From NCBI GenBank assembly GCA_963693055.1, contig OY843751.1, positions 448,001 through 512,000 of the forward strand: DNA of 64,000 nt. Direction: 5' to 3'. The stretch is from a bacterium (GTDB lineage: Bacteria; Zhuqueibacterota; Zhuqueibacteria; Residuimicrobiales; Krinioviventaceae). A program made the position numbers and the translations under genes. The first letter of the stretch is position 1. Every line of letters begins with the position of its first letter. This document shows, in pieces, positions 31,955 to 43,021 of this stretch. Below the pieces are notes generated by a model. The model was not told where the DNA came from. It ran no database searches and saw only the letters and a list, made by a program, of their open reading frames with translations.

Positions 31955-33313
31955 TTGACTACCTTTGATGCCCTGAAACAGAACATTTCAGATGAATTAA
32001 AAAAGCGGTGCAATGCTCACCGTACAGTTCCCGGTTCCGAGAATACCCTGCAACGTTTAGAGGTGCAGGTGCAGGAAGCGGACCTGATTCTCTGGTTAAA
32101 AAATCAGAATTTCCCCCAAAAAACATACTGGTCAGAACGAGATGGTCGGCTGAAAATGGCAGGTGTGGGTGCTGCTCACATCTTTCAAGGTAATACTACC
32201 GAATATACCGAGGTTTTTGAAGAACTGGATCGCCTGCTAAAGGGTGCGGATGAAGATGTTCGTTATTATGGCGGATTAAAGTTTGATCCCGATCATGCGG
32301 TATCCGAACTGTGGCAGCACTTTAAACGTTATTATTTTATTGTGCCCCGGTTCGAGCTGTTGAAGCGTGATTTGCATTATTATTTCGCAATCAATTATGT
32401 TGTGGATATTGAAGAGCCTCAGCTTGATGAAATTCTGGCTGACCTGCAAAAACTTGATTTCTCTTTTTATAAAGATACAAAAGAACTGCCCGCATATACC
32501 GATCTGATCATGGACCCGGTCAAATCCATTTGGGACCGCAATGTGCAGCAGGCGCTGACATTGATCGAAAACGGGACTTTGCAAAAGATTGTGCTTTCCG
32601 GTCGATCAACCCTTACCTTTGATGAAACTATCAATCCATCTCTGCTTTTTGAAAAGCTGATTGGTCAAAACTCGAACTCTTTTCATTTCTGTATTCAACC
32701 CGATGCGGAAACCGCGTTTATGGGTATTACGCCTGAGCGGCTTTATCGCCGTGAAGGACGCGAGATTTGGAGCGAAGCCATTGCCGGTACACGTCCCCGT
32801 GGTCGTGACGAAGCAGAAGATGAGGCGCTGGAAAAAGACCTGCAATCCTCGGACAAGGATATTCGTGAGCACCGCTGGGTGAGTGATATGGTACGTTCAG
32901 GACTGGGGCCCTTGTGCCGATACATTAACGATGTGGACCGTGAACGTATTCTCAAACTGCGCCATGTGCAGCATCTGCAAAGCCTGTTTATTGGATTGTT
33001 GCGGGATGGGATCTGTGATGGCGAGATTATTTCTCACTTGCATCCTACCCCGGCAGTGGGTGGTTTCCCCAATACCATATCCATTCCCTATATTTCCGAG
33101 ATTGAAGGATTTGATCGCGGCTGGTACGCGGGACCGGTAGGCTGGGTGAGTCGTGATGCCGCAGGTTTTGCTGTGGGTATCCGCTCGGGCCTTGTGAATG
33201 GTAATAAACTGACAATTTTTGCGGGTTCCGGGATTGTTGAGGGAAGTGATCCGGATAAGGAATGGGAAGAAAATCAGACAAAAATTTTAAATTTTACAAA
33301 ACTCTTTCAGTGA
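31955..33313 (+). CDS. menF: Isochorismate synthase
   Basis: KIVLS, TPERL, AIAGT, LHPTPAVGG, FDRGWYAGPVG, AGSGIV; operon context. Confidence 0.9.
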   Translation: MTTFDALKQNISDELKKRCNAHRTVPGSENTLQRLEVQVQEADLILWLKNQNFPQKTYWSERDGRLKMAGVGAAHIFQGNTTEYTEVFEELDRLLKGADEDVRYYGGLKFDPDHAVSELWQHFKRYYFIVPRFELLKRDLHYYFAINYVVDIEEPQLDEILADLQKLDFSFYKDTKELPAYTDLIMDPVKSIWDRNVQQALTLIENGTLQKIVLSGRSTLTFDETINPSLLFEKLIGQNSNSFHFCIQPDAETAFMGITPERLYRREGREIWSEAIAGTRPRGRDEAEDEALEKDLQSSDKDIREHRWVSDMVRSGLGPLCRYINDVDRERILKLRHVQHLQSLFIGLLRDGICDGEIISHLHPTPAVGGFPNTISIPYISEIEGFDRGWYAGPVGWVSRDAAGFAVGIRSGLVNGNKLTIFAGSGIVEGSDPDKEWEENQTKILNFTKLFQ

Positions 33314-33314
33314 T

Positions 33315-35066
33315 ATGGGAATTGGCTTAGAAAACATAAATGCGTTGTGGGCGTCATTGATTATAGAAGAACTGGTGCGTAACGGCATTGAATATGCCTG
33401 CGTCTCACCGGGATCACGCTCTACACCCCTTACCATTGCCGCGGCACGTAACGGGAAATTAAAAAAACGTATCTGCTATGATGAACGCGGTGCCGCGTAT
33501 CATGCATTGGGGTACGCCCGTGCAACCGGCAAACCCGCTCTGCTCATCTGTACTTCCGGTACTGCGGCGGCCAATTATTATCCCGCCATTGTGGAAGCAA
33601 GCATGGACCATGTGCCCATGATCATCCTGAGCGCTGACCGTCCGCCCGAACTGCTGGATACCGGTGCGAACCAGACCATCCATCAGCAGGGTATGTACGG
33701 AAAATATGTGCGCTGGCAGTACGAACTGCCGTGCCCGGATGAAAATCTTGATCCGCGTATGGTGCTCTCTACGGTGGACCAGTTACTGCATCGTGCAACC
33801 GGTGACAATCCGGGGCCTGTGCATCTCAATAACATGTACCGCGAGCCACTTGCTCTGAAAACTGAAAAAGTAGATGATACCTGCGTGCAAAAACTCACCG
33901 ACTGGATGGTGAACGGAACGAGTGCTTATACGGATTATGCCAGATCGGTCAAACAGCTTGATTCATCTTTTGTTAAACGAATTTCAGAATTAATTAACAA
34001 TGCCAAAAGCGGAGTGATAATTGCCGGGCGTATGCAGAGCACGGATGATATTGCCGCAGTACGAAAACTGGCAAAGCATTTAAAATGGCCGGTATTTGCA
34101 GATATTTTATCCGGCAACCGCATACAACAGGAAAACACTATCTCTTTTTATGACCAGATGCTGGCAGTCGAAGAAGTAACAGAGGAATTGAACCCGGATG
34201 TGGTACTGCATTTTGGAGGTCAATTTGTTTCCAAGAGATTACTGCAGTTTATTGAAACCAAAACTCCGCAATATTATATTCATACAGCCGGGTACGCAGA
34301 GCGAATTGATCCTGTGCACAGAGTAACGCATCGTTTAAATGCGGATATTGCTTCTGTATGTGCGGCTTTGAAATCGTATACCTCCGTAGGGAACGCGGAA
34401 ATAACCACATTGGAGAAATTGAGCGCCAAAGCATTACTGGCCGTGAACGAGATTCTGGATGAAACCCATAAAATGACCGAGCCGGGAATTGCACGCGCTA
34501 CTGCGTCAGGACTGCCCGAGAACTGGGGACTTTATCTGGCGAGCAGTATGCCCATAAGGGACATGGATATGTTTGTAAAATCCCTGCCGGATAATGTGCG
34601 CATTGCCGGAAATCGTGGTGCCAGCGGAATTGACGGTACTGTTGCCTCTGCCGCGGGCTTTGCGGAAGGATTGGGAAAACCGGTGGTGTTGATGATAGGT
34701 GATCTGGCCCTGATCCACGATATGAACTCTCTGGATGTGGTGAAAAAAGGTGCTCAACCCCTGGTAATGGTGGTAATTAACAATAAAAGTGGTGGCATTT
34801 TCCACTTTTTGCCAGTATCGCAGCACAAAAAGGTGTTTGAGCCCTGGTTTACAACCCCACACAACTATGCTTTTGAACCTCTTGCGAGACAATTTAACAT
34901 ACCCTACATGAAATGCGAAACCCTTGATATATTCAAGCAAGAGCTGAGCAAAGCCACTCAGAATAAACAGACCATTATTCTGGAAATTGCAACCCGCGCG
35001 GAAGAAAACCATCGGTTTCATCAAGACATCCTGGAACGGATCCGGGAAGTTATAAAGTACCGATAG
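33315..35066 (+). CDS. menD: SEPHCHC synthase
   Basis: SPGSRSTPL, DERGA, CTSGTA, NRGASGIDG, GDLALIHD. Confidence 0.95.
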   Translation: MGIGLENINALWASLIIEELVRNGIEYACVSPGSRSTPLTIAAARNGKLKKRICYDERGAAYHALGYARATGKPALLICTSGTAAANYYPAIVEASMDHVPMIILSADRPPELLDTGANQTIHQQGMYGKYVRWQYELPCPDENLDPRMVLSTVDQLLHRATGDNPGPVHLNNMYREPLALKTEKVDDTCVQKLTDWMVNGTSAYTDYARSVKQLDSSFVKRISELINNAKSGVIIAGRMQSTDDIAAVRKLAKHLKWPVFADILSGNRIQQENTISFYDQMLAVEEVTEELNPDVVLHFGGQFVSKRLLQFIETKTPQYYIHTAGYAERIDPVHRVTHRLNADIASVCAALKSYTSVGNAEITTLEKLSAKALLAVNEILDETHKMTEPGIARATASGLPENWGLYLASSMPIRDMDMFVKSLPDNVRIAGNRGASGIDGTVASAAGFAEGLGKPVVLMIGDLALIHDMNSLDVVKKGAQPLVMVVINNKSGGIFHFLPVSQHKKVFEPWFTTPHNYAFEPLARQFNIPYMKCETLDIFKQELSKATQNKQTIILEIATRAEENHRFHQDILERIREVIKYR

Positions 35067-35077
35067 GGGGAGCCATC

Positions 35078-35869
35078 GTGTCGCTTTATGTGCATCAATG
35101 GGGAAATCCTGAAAATCCTGCATTGCTGTTTTTACATGGATTCATGGGAAACGGTCGTACATGGGTGCCATTTGTTAAAGAATTAAAATCCCATTATCAT
35201 ATTATTGCACCTGATCTTCCCGGTCATGGTGAATCCCTGTATCTCAAAGAATCGGGAGATTATGATTTTGTAGAGACTGCAGAACAGGTAATACAGGTGC
35301 TGGACAAGCTTAAAATACACACTTCTTCCATAGCAGGATATTCCATGGGAGGCAGGCTGGCAATGTACCTGGCAGTCCATTATCCGGACCGGTTTAATCG
35401 ATTAATTGTGGAATCTGCTTCACCGGGCATTGATGATGCAAAAGTACGCGAGGAACGCTACCAAAAAGACAAATCCACTGCCGATTACCTGGAAACTGCA
35501 GACCTGACCGCATTTCTGGAAGCCTGGTATGAACAGCCGATTTTTGGGGATCTGAATCGTCATCCTGATTTTTCAGAATACGTCGCTTCTCTGTTGTTCA
35601 ATGAACCTGTTGAACTGGTGAGGGCGATGCGAGGGATGAGTCAGGGGGTACAACCCCCGCTTGAAGAGCATTTAAAGGAATTGGACCTGCCTGCTCTTTT
35701 TATAGCCGGGGAGCATGACGAGAAATATAGTGCAATTCTTGAACGTTTATCACAATATCACAATCACTTTGAGTTAAAAATTATACCTGAATGCGGGCAT
35801 AGCACGCATTTTCAAGATCCGCAAACATTTTTACAATTGATCAAAGAATTTTTAAATACAGGAGGTTAA
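35078..35869 (+). CDS. menH: SHCHC synthase
   Basis: LHGFMG, GYSMGGR, ESASPG; between menD and menB. Confidence 0.88.
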   Translation: MSLYVHQWGNPENPALLFLHGFMGNGRTWVPFVKELKSHYHIIAPDLPGHGESLYLKESGDYDFVETAEQVIQVLDKLKIHTSSIAGYSMGGRLAMYLAVHYPDRFNRLIVESASPGIDDAKVREERYQKDKSTADYLETADLTAFLEAWYEQPIFGDLNRHPDFSEYVASLLFNEPVELVRAMRGMSQGVQPPLEEHLKELDLPALFIAGEHDEKYSAILERLSQYHNHFELKIIPECGHSTHFQDPQTFLQLIKEFLNTGG

Positions 35870-35870
35870 C

Positions 35871-36692
35871 ATGTCTGTTGTAGACTGGAAATCCGCTGGA
35901 GACTATACCGATATCAAATATCATAAAGCAGAAGGCATGGCAAAAATTACTATTAATCGTCCCGAGGTACGCAATGCGTTTCGTCCATTGACGGTTTTTG
36001 AAATGTCAAAAGCTTTTGAAGACGCGCGTGAAGATCCCGAAATCGGCGTAATTATCTTGACAGGTGAAGGTGAAAAGGCTTTTTGCTCGGGTGGCGATCA
36101 AAAAATCCGTGGAGATTCCGGATACAAGGATGAAAAAGGCGTACACCGTTTGAATGTGCTCGATTTCCAACGCCAGATCCGTACGTGTCCCAAGCCTGTG
36201 GTTGCTATGGTTGCGGGATACGCCATTGGCGGCGGGCATGTGCTGCACGTCATGTGCGATCTTACCATTGCCGCGGATAATGCCATCTTTGGTCAAACCG
36301 GGCCCAAGGTGGGTTCTTTTGATGGTGGATATGGTTCCAGTTACCTTGCGCGGATTGTGGGACAGAAAAAAGCGCGCGAGATCTGGTTTCTCTGTCGTCA
36401 ATACGATGCTCAGCAGGCGCTTGAAATGGGACTGGTAAATACAGTCGTCCCCTATGAAAAACTCGAGGAAGAGACCGTGCAGTGGTGCCGCGAGATGCTG
36501 CGTAACTCGCCGACTGCGCTCCGTTGTCTCAAAGCCGCAATGAATGCCGATTGTGACGGACAAGCAGGCTTGCAAGAGCTTGCGGGATGCGCAACCATGC
36601 TCTATTACATGTCGGATGAGGCGCAAGAAGGTAAAAACGCCTTTGTGGAAAAACGTAACCCCGATTTTAGCAAATTTCCAAGACAACCGTAG
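35871..36692 (+). CDS. menB: 1,4-dihydroxy-2-naphthoyl-CoA synthase
   Basis: [27 protein letters not shown]. Confidence 0.97.
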   Translation: MSVVDWKSAGDYTDIKYHKAEGMAKITINRPEVRNAFRPLTVFEMSKAFEDAREDPEIGVIILTGEGEKAFCSGGDQKIRGDSGYKDEKGVHRLNVLDFQRQIRTCPKPVVAMVAGYAIGGGHVLHVMCDLTIAADNAIFGQTGPKVGSFDGGYGSSYLARIVGQKKAREIWFLCRQYDAQQALEMGLVNTVVPYEKLEEETVQWCREMLRNSPTALRCLKAAMNADCDGQAGLQELAGCATMLYYMSDEAQEGKNAFVEKRNPDFSKFPRQP

Positions 36693-36962
36693 AATCTTTT
36701 TAACGTAAGAAACGATCTTGTATGTTAAATTGTCAAGATTAGAACCACAGAGCCACAAAGAACACAGAGAAAAAATGATTTAGATCATGAAATCAAAATT
36801 TCTGCTGTCTTTGTGGTTCCGTAAATTTGCTTTTTTATGTGGGAATTCTAGGATTTATTCTTGAATTTTAACTGATTGTTATATATTTTATTTATCATAG
36901 GGGAACAGGACAGCTTTGGCGGGAGTGTAATAAATCAATGTACTATTAAAAAGAGGTGACGT

Positions 36963-37484
36963 ATGAAATCATATAAATTGATTTTTATTATACTGTTGTC
37001 ATTGTTTGCATGCAATACAGAAAAGAGCCCGGTAACACCGGAAGTGGGTCCGGGGGATGATTATAAAATTTATCAGTTGGCTCTTGATGCTTATTTTAAT
37101 GAAAATGTGCCCGCAATTATTCTGCAAGATTCAACCTGGGGGGATGATATTGGCACTCACCATATATCTACACTCGAAGAAAATGGTGTAAATGTAAAAG
37201 AAGAAACGCTGCTGAACTATGAAACAATCAACCAGACTAAAGTTGCGCTTGAATCCATTTCGGGGTATGATATTACATTTCGCAGAGATGTTCCCGATTC
37301 ACTCCGGTTTTCCAAGCCCAACGTGAGCTTGTCCCGTGTGGGATATGATGACGCAAATACAGAAGCCATTGTAACGGTGGGTGTAGTCTTTGCTCCGCTT
37401 GCAGGCAGCGGTATTCTGTATTATTTGAAATATGTTAATGGTGAGTGGGGTGTTAAAGGTTCGCACATGATCTGGATTTCGTGA
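36963..37484 (+). CDS. Hypothetical lipoprotein
   Basis: Lipobox LFAC; RBS gaggtg. Confidence 0.7.
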   Translation: MKSYKLIFIILLSLFACNTEKSPVTPEVGPGDDYKIYQLALDAYFNENVPAIILQDSTWGDDIGTHHISTLEENGVNVKEETLLNYETINQTKVALESISGYDITFRRDVPDSLRFSKPNVSLSRVGYDDANTEAIVTVGVVFAPLAGSGILYYLKYVNGEWGVKGSHMIWIS

Positions 37485-37510
37485 GGGATTTGAAAAAGGG
37501 GAAGTGATAA

Positions 37511-38731
37511 GTGTGTAATATGTTATTAAATTTTGATGTTAAAATTTTTATTATAGTATTTTTTTTGAATTCACATTTCGTATTTTCTCAAGTACAGTAT
37601 GATGAAATTGAAAATGAAATTCAAAGTTATCAGGATACAGATATAGCAGTTATTTCAAAATCCAGAAAAATGATTAAAGAAAAAATTGAATTAAATGATA
37701 ATGAAAAAATTAGCGCAATTTATACTTTTGTAAATAATAAATTTGATTCAACACAATATATCGCTTTTGAGGATGAAGAGCAGTGGTTGATTTTGATGTG
37801 GCTAAAAGATTTTGCACAAGTACTTGATGTAATTAAGATATATAATCCAAAAACTGATGATTTTTTGTCAAAAAAGATTTTACCTCCAATTGATTTCTTA
37901 AATGAAAAATTGAAATTTGAGGTTGATGATAAAAAAGATGAAATTTGTGATGCAATAAAATTGTCCGAACTTGAATTATTTGAAAAACAGTTTTTACTCA
38001 TTTTCCTTGAATATATAATATTGAGTGATGATGAAAAAAAATCTTTTCAAGAAAATATTAATGTAATGGCAACAAATTATTTGAATAATTTCCCAAATTC
38101 GTATCTGGAAAATTATGTTAGGAAATATATTAGATTTATATACAAACTTTCAAACTTTGCTGGGAGTTTTAATTTTAATTTTGGTTATCACCAGTATCAG
38201 GGAAATCTTGGTGAATTTTTTAGCGATATATTATTTTTTGGTATTGTATATGAGTTACAATATAAAAAGTTTATGATTGGTATCCGAGGGGCAATGGGGT
38301 ATAGTAGTAATGTTAAAAAAGAATTTGATTATAATGGACATTGGGAAAGAGATCTTCCATTAATAGTATTTGAACCTGAAATGATGGTAGGATTTGAAAT
38401 TATTGATTTGAGTAAATTTAAAATCTTACCCTATTGTGGGGTTGGATTTATGGATATCGCTTCTCCGGAAAAAATTGCTGAAGAACCTGGCAACGATGTT
38501 GAAATGACTTATGTTATGACATATAATGTTGGTTTAAATATTGATTTAAAATTTAAACCTATTACATTTTACTCACAATATCGGAGGGAAACTGGTTATA
38601 CAAATATCCGTATTAGAATGGGTGTGAGCTATCCTCAATATGAAAATAAACTTCCGGAATTAACCGGGAAAAAGTATTTTATAGAATTAGGATTTGGTCT
38701 ATCTATAAGGAGGTTGGTTAGAGATTTATAA
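37511..38731 (+). CDS. AT-rich exported hypothetical protein, possibly with a C-terminal beta-barrel
   Basis: Signal-like N-terminus; helical N-half and alternating aromatic beta-strands in the C-half. Confidence 0.6.
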   Translation: MCNMLLNFDVKIFIIVFFLNSHFVFSQVQYDEIENEIQSYQDTDIAVISKSRKMIKEKIELNDNEKISAIYTFVNNKFDSTQYIAFEDEEQWLILMWLKDFAQVLDVIKIYNPKTDDFLSKKILPPIDFLNEKLKFEVDDKKDEICDAIKLSELELFEKQFLLIFLEYIILSDDEKKSFQENINVMATNYLNNFPNSYLENYVRKYIRFIYKLSNFAGSFNFNFGYHQYQGNLGEFFSDILFFGIVYELQYKKFMIGIRGAMGYSSNVKKEFDYNGHWERDLPLIVFEPEMMVGFEIIDLSKFKILPYCGVGFMDIASPEKIAEEPGNDVEMTYVMTYNVGLNIDLKFKPITFYSQYRRETGYTNIRIRMGVSYPQYENKLPELTGKKYFIELGFGLSIRRLVRDL

Positions 38732-38812
38732 ATAAGGTTTGTACGTTATTATCGAATCAATAATTGTTTTAAAAAAATCCTCTGTGTCCCCTGTGTCACT
38801 GTTGTTTTTATA

Positions 38813-38842
38813 GAGTTCCGGGGCCTAATAGACCCCGGAATT
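38813..38842. terminator. Hairpin between convergent genes
   Basis: agttccggggccta-a-tagaccccggaatt. Confidence 0.6.
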
Positions 38843-38850
38843 ATCAAATC

Positions 38851-40491
38851 TTATCTACTTCCCGTATGTTCTTCAACCACGCGTCGCAGCCATTTTACCA
38901 TTAAAAAGATTGCAATAGCGGCCAGCATAGCGCCAATAAAGTTGATTGTGAAAAAGACGGCCTTGTTATCATAAGTGTCCCACAAGCTTGAAAGCACACC
39001 GGAAAGCTTGTTACCAATGGCGGTAGAGAGAAACCAGCCGCCCATCATTAACGCGGTTAAGCGCGGGGGACTCAGTTTTGATACCAGCGAGAGTCCCATA
39101 GGACTTAGGAACAATTCACCGATGGTAATCACACCGTAAACCCCAAACAGCCACACGGGCGAGCTTTTTACCAGTCCGTTTTGTGACGCGAATACAGCCG
39201 CAATCATAACCAGTGTAGACATTGCGGTGATAAACAGTCCCCAGCCAATCTTGCCGGGTGTGGAGGGTTCTTTATCTCTTTTACGTAGAAATCCGAAAAA
39301 CATCACGACAACCGGTGTAAGCACAACAACAAAAAACGGATTCACAGATTGGAAAATTTCAGTAGATACAAGTTTAAGGCTCTTGCCTTCAGCAGGCCAT
39401 TTGCTTTTTCCCAGATTGTTGAAATAAGGATGCGGTCCCATTTCAGTGATTGCATGACCATTGCCGTCAACCAGGGGAGCGCCATGCATATCCAGTTTGG
39501 GTACTTCTCGGGGTGCAGTATCCACTTCCTGAACCATACCAAAAGTGCCGGCAACAGATTCTACAGCAGCTGGCATGCTGCGATCGGTATAATTTTCAGC
39601 CCAGATTGTAAGAGCTGATCCGTTCTGATGGAAAATTGCCCAGAAAATGATCACAACTGCAAAAATGGACAAAAGGGCAGCAATGGGAGCTTTATCTTCT
39701 TTGGTAGCACGGAGCCACAAGGAAAGATAAAACAGTGCTACAGGGATGCTTGCAAACAGAAACGCATCAGTAGAATCTGAACCGAAAATGTTGTTGGGGA
39801 TGAACCAACCCAAAACACCTGCAACAATGGCAGGCAGAAATACGTTTGATCCAATCTTCCACAGGGGCATATCTTCTTTGGTTGCGGGTTTTAAAATATC
39901 TGCATCGCGTACGTGTTTTTGTCCGCTCATGAACCAGATCACACCCAGGTACATACCAATTCCGGCTGCGGCAAAAGCGTATCCCCAGCCAAAGTGGTTG
40001 CGCAAATATGCAGCAACAAAGTTACAGACAAACGCGCCAATGTTGATGCCCATATAAAAAATGTTGAATCCTGAATCTTTGAGGGATTTGTATTTTTCAT
40101 CATCATAGAGATTGCCAACAAGTGTAGAAATGTTGGGTTTAAAGAATCCGTTACCAATGATGATCAAAAACAAAGCGATCCAAAAAGCGGTCATGCCGGG
40201 CATTGCCAGACCTATATAACCGGTACCCATTAACAATCCACCAATGACGATAGAGCGTCGATATCCCAGTACACGGTCAGCCAAAAGACCCCCAATAAAG
40301 GGAGAAAGATAAACCAGTGCCAGATAAGTGCCATAAATATCTGAAGCACCTGCTCGTGACAATCCCAATCCACCGGTTGCTGTGTCACTCATGTACAGAA
40401 AGAATATACCAAGCATCAGGTAAAATCCGAAACGTTCCCACATTTCGGTAAAAAACAAGACTACCAGTCCTTTAGGGTGATTCTTGAACAT
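38851..40491 (-). CDS. Proton-dependent oligopeptide transporter (POT/PTR, MFS)
   Basis: TEMWERFGFY, GNGFFKPNIS, FYMGINIGA, GELFLSPMGLS. Confidence 0.93.
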   Translation of the reverse strand: MFKNHPKGLVVLFFTEMWERFGFYLMLGIFFLYMSDTATGGLGLSRAGASDIYGTYLALVYLSPFIGGLLADRVLGYRRSIVIGGLLMGTGYIGLAMPGMTAFWIALFLIIIGNGFFKPNISTLVGNLYDDEKYKSLKDSGFNIFYMGINIGAFVCNFVAAYLRNHFGWGYAFAAAGIGMYLGVIWFMSGQKHVRDADILKPATKEDMPLWKIGSNVFLPAIVAGVLGWFIPNNIFGSDSTDAFLFASIPVALFYLSLWLRATKEDKAPIAALLSIFAVVIIFWAIFHQNGSALTIWAENYTDRSMPAAVESVAGTFGMVQEVDTAPREVPKLDMHGAPLVDGNGHAITEMGPHPYFNNLGKSKWPAEGKSLKLVSTEIFQSVNPFFVVVLTPVVVMFFGFLRKRDKEPSTPGKIGWGLFITAMSTLVMIAAVFASQNGLVKSSPVWLFGVYGVITIGELFLSPMGLSLVSKLSPPRLTALMMGGWFLSTAIGNKLSGVLSSLWDTYDNKAVFFTINFIGAMLAAIAIFLMVKWLRRVVEEHTGSR

Positions 40492-40668
40492 AAAAAAAAT
40501 CTCCTGCTAAATTCGTTCGTTAACAATCTTTTAATTTAATAAATTAATACAAGAATTCCAGATAATTCTTGGCGGATTGCGGTTGTTTTTGCAATTCTGT
40601 TGAAATTTCTTGCTTTCCTGCAAAAATCTTGGTTTATTATGTGCTTAACCAATGAAACGGAGGAAACA

Positions 40669-42966
40669 ATGCGTCATCTTAAGCAGGTTGTTTATTTAAT
40701 ACTTGTTTTGGTTCTGGGAACCGGACTGATTTCAACAGTATTTTCGAAATCAGAGATTAATGTAATTCCCAAACCCAATAAAATTGTGCAAAAGAGCGGC
40801 AGTTTTTCCTTGTCTGCAGATACCCGGATTGTTGCGGATAAAGACCCGCAGGTACAGTACTGTGTGAGTTATCTGCTGGAAGGATTAAAACCTTTTCAAA
40901 TACAACCCGGTGTAGATGCAAAACGTTCCGAAAAAAAGAAACAGATTGTTTTGTCAATAAGCGCGAAAAATGATAATAAAGAAGCATATAGCCTTTCTGT
41001 TAGTGAAAATGGAGTGGAAATCAATGCTTCCGAGCCATCCGGATTGTTTTACGGAGTGGTTACACTGCTCCAGTTGTTACCACCGGATGTAAAACCCGCA
41101 ACCACGTTAGAAATTCCAGCGGTAACCATTGAAGACTCGCCGCGCTTTGAGTGGCGTGGTATGCATTTGGATGTGTGCCGCCATTTTTATCCTGTTGAAT
41201 TTGTAAAACGTTATATTGATCTGCTGGCAATGCACAAGATGAATGTTTTCCATTGGCATTTGACAGAAGATCAGGGCTGGCGTATTGAGATTAAAAAATA
41301 TCCCAAACTCACCGAGGTTGGGGCATGGCGTGTTGATCGCGAACACCAGCATTGGAACGATCGCACTCCGCCCGATCCTGGCGAAGAGGCAACCTATGGT
41401 GGTTATTACACCCAGGAACAGATCAAAGACGTGATTCAATACGCGCAAGAGCGGTTTATTACAATTGTTCCGGAGATTGAAATGCCAGGACATGCTGTGG
41501 CGGCTTTGGCATCGTATCCTGAACTTTCCTGCACCGGCGGCCCCTTTTACGTCATGCCGGGTGGATATTGGCCTATTACTGATATTTTTTGCGCGGGTAA
41601 AGAAGAGACTTTTGAATTTTTGGAAAATGTTCTGGATGAAGTGATTGCCCTGTTCCCCGGTACCTATATTCATATTGGCGGCGATGAGGCTAAAAAAGCC
41701 AATTGGGAAAAATGTCCCGATTGTCAGGCACGTATCAAGTCAGAAGGCCTTCAAGATGAAGCCGAATTGCAAAGTTATTTCATTAAACGCATTGAAAAAT
41801 ATTTGATCTCTAAAAACAAGAGATTGATCGGTTGGGATGAGATCCTTGAGGGTGGGCTCGCTCCCGAGGCAACGGTTATGTCATGGCGCGGTATTGAAGG
41901 CGGTATTGAAGCTGCAAGTCAGGGACATGATGTTGTAATGACCCCAACATCGTGGTGTTATTTTGATTATTATCAATCAAAAGATAATGAACCTTTGGCC
42001 ATTGGCGGATTTTTACCTTTGCGTAAAGTTTATAATTATGATCCTGTACCAAGAGAACTTGAAAGAGCTAAACGTAAACATGTTTTGGGTGCGCAGGGGA
42101 ATGTGTGGACCGAATATATGCCCAACGGTCGTCATGTAGAGTATATGGCTGTGCCTCGTATGAGCGCCATGTCTGAAGTTGTCTGGACCGCTAAAAAGTT
42201 TAAAGATTGGGAGGATTTCCAATCCCGTATGCTTGCCCAATATGATCGTTTGGATGCAATGGGTGTGAATTACCGCCAACCGGACATTCATGGATATAAA
42301 GTACGAAATGTTTTTCCGGATTCTCTGATTGTCGAATTGTCATTTGTTCGTCCGAATGCAGTTATTCGCTATACCCTGGATGGATCTCAACCCGGTTTGC
42401 ATTCTCCGGTTTATGAAAAGCCTATTTTGATTGATAAAGATGTGGAACTCAAATCTGCGGCATTTATCAATGATCGCTATGTCAGCAGGATCAAATGCGG
42501 ATCATTTATGAAACGTGAACCTGCCCAAGCGGTTAAAGTATCAAATCCCCAAAATGGTGTGGCTTATACCTATATCCCCGGTAGTATGAAAACCGTCAGG
42601 AATCTTGAATCGGTTAATTTTGTTGAATCGGGTACTCAAAAAAAGGTAGCGTTGCCAGAGAATACCCGGGATGAAGCATATGGATTGATCTATAAAGGCT
42701 ATATTGATGTACCCAAAACCGGGTTGTATACCTTTTATTTGACATCGAATGACGGAAGCGCCATGTACCTGAATGACGAGTTGATTATCGATAATGATGG
42801 TGAACACAGTGCGATAGATAAAGACGGATTTGCTCTTTTAGGAGCCGGAAAACACCCGTTCAAGATTTATTATTTTCAGGCGGGTGGCGGTAAAGAATTG
42901 ATACTGGAATATGAAGGGCCCGGTACGAAACGACAGGTGGTGCCGGCTTCTGTATTGAGTCATTAA
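40669..42966 (+). CDS. GH20 beta-N-acetylhexosaminidase with Fn3-associated and PA14 domains
   Basis: WRGMHLDVCRHF, HWHLTEDQGWR, PEIEMPGH, HIGGDEA; IRYTLDGS; SNDGS. Confidence 0.93.
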   Translation: MRHLKQVVYLILVLVLGTGLISTVFSKSEINVIPKPNKIVQKSGSFSLSADTRIVADKDPQVQYCVSYLLEGLKPFQIQPGVDAKRSEKKKQIVLSISAKNDNKEAYSLSVSENGVEINASEPSGLFYGVVTLLQLLPPDVKPATTLEIPAVTIEDSPRFEWRGMHLDVCRHFYPVEFVKRYIDLLAMHKMNVFHWHLTEDQGWRIEIKKYPKLTEVGAWRVDREHQHWNDRTPPDPGEEATYGGYYTQEQIKDVIQYAQERFITIVPEIEMPGHAVAALASYPELSCTGGPFYVMPGGYWPITDIFCAGKEETFEFLENVLDEVIALFPGTYIHIGGDEAKKANWEKCPDCQARIKSEGLQDEAELQSYFIKRIEKYLISKNKRLIGWDEILEGGLAPEATVMSWRGIEGGIEAASQGHDVVMTPTSWCYFDYYQSKDNEPLAIGGFLPLRKVYNYDPVPRELERAKRKHVLGAQGNVWTEYMPNGRHVEYMAVPRMSAMSEVVWTAKKFKDWEDFQSRMLAQYDRLDAMGVNYRQPDIHGYKVRNVFPDSLIVELSFVRPNAVIRYTLDGSQPGLHSPVYEKPILIDKDVELKSAAFINDRYVSRIKCGSFMKREPAQAVKVSNPQNGVAYTYIPGSMKTVRNLESVNFVESGTQKKVALPENTRDEAYGLIYKGYIDVPKTGLYTFYLTSNDGSAMYLNDELIIDNDGEHSAIDKDGFALLGAGKHPFKIYYFQAGGGKELILEYEGPGTKRQVVPASVLSH

Positions 42967-42974
42967 CAGTAAAT

Positions 42975-43002
42975 AAATGCCCCGACTTTTTCGGGGCATT
43001 TT
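42975..43002 (+). terminator. Intrinsic terminator
   Basis: aaatgccccga-ctttt-tcggggcatttt. Confidence 0.75.
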
Positions 43003-43021
43003 TAATTCAAGGATTGGTAAA

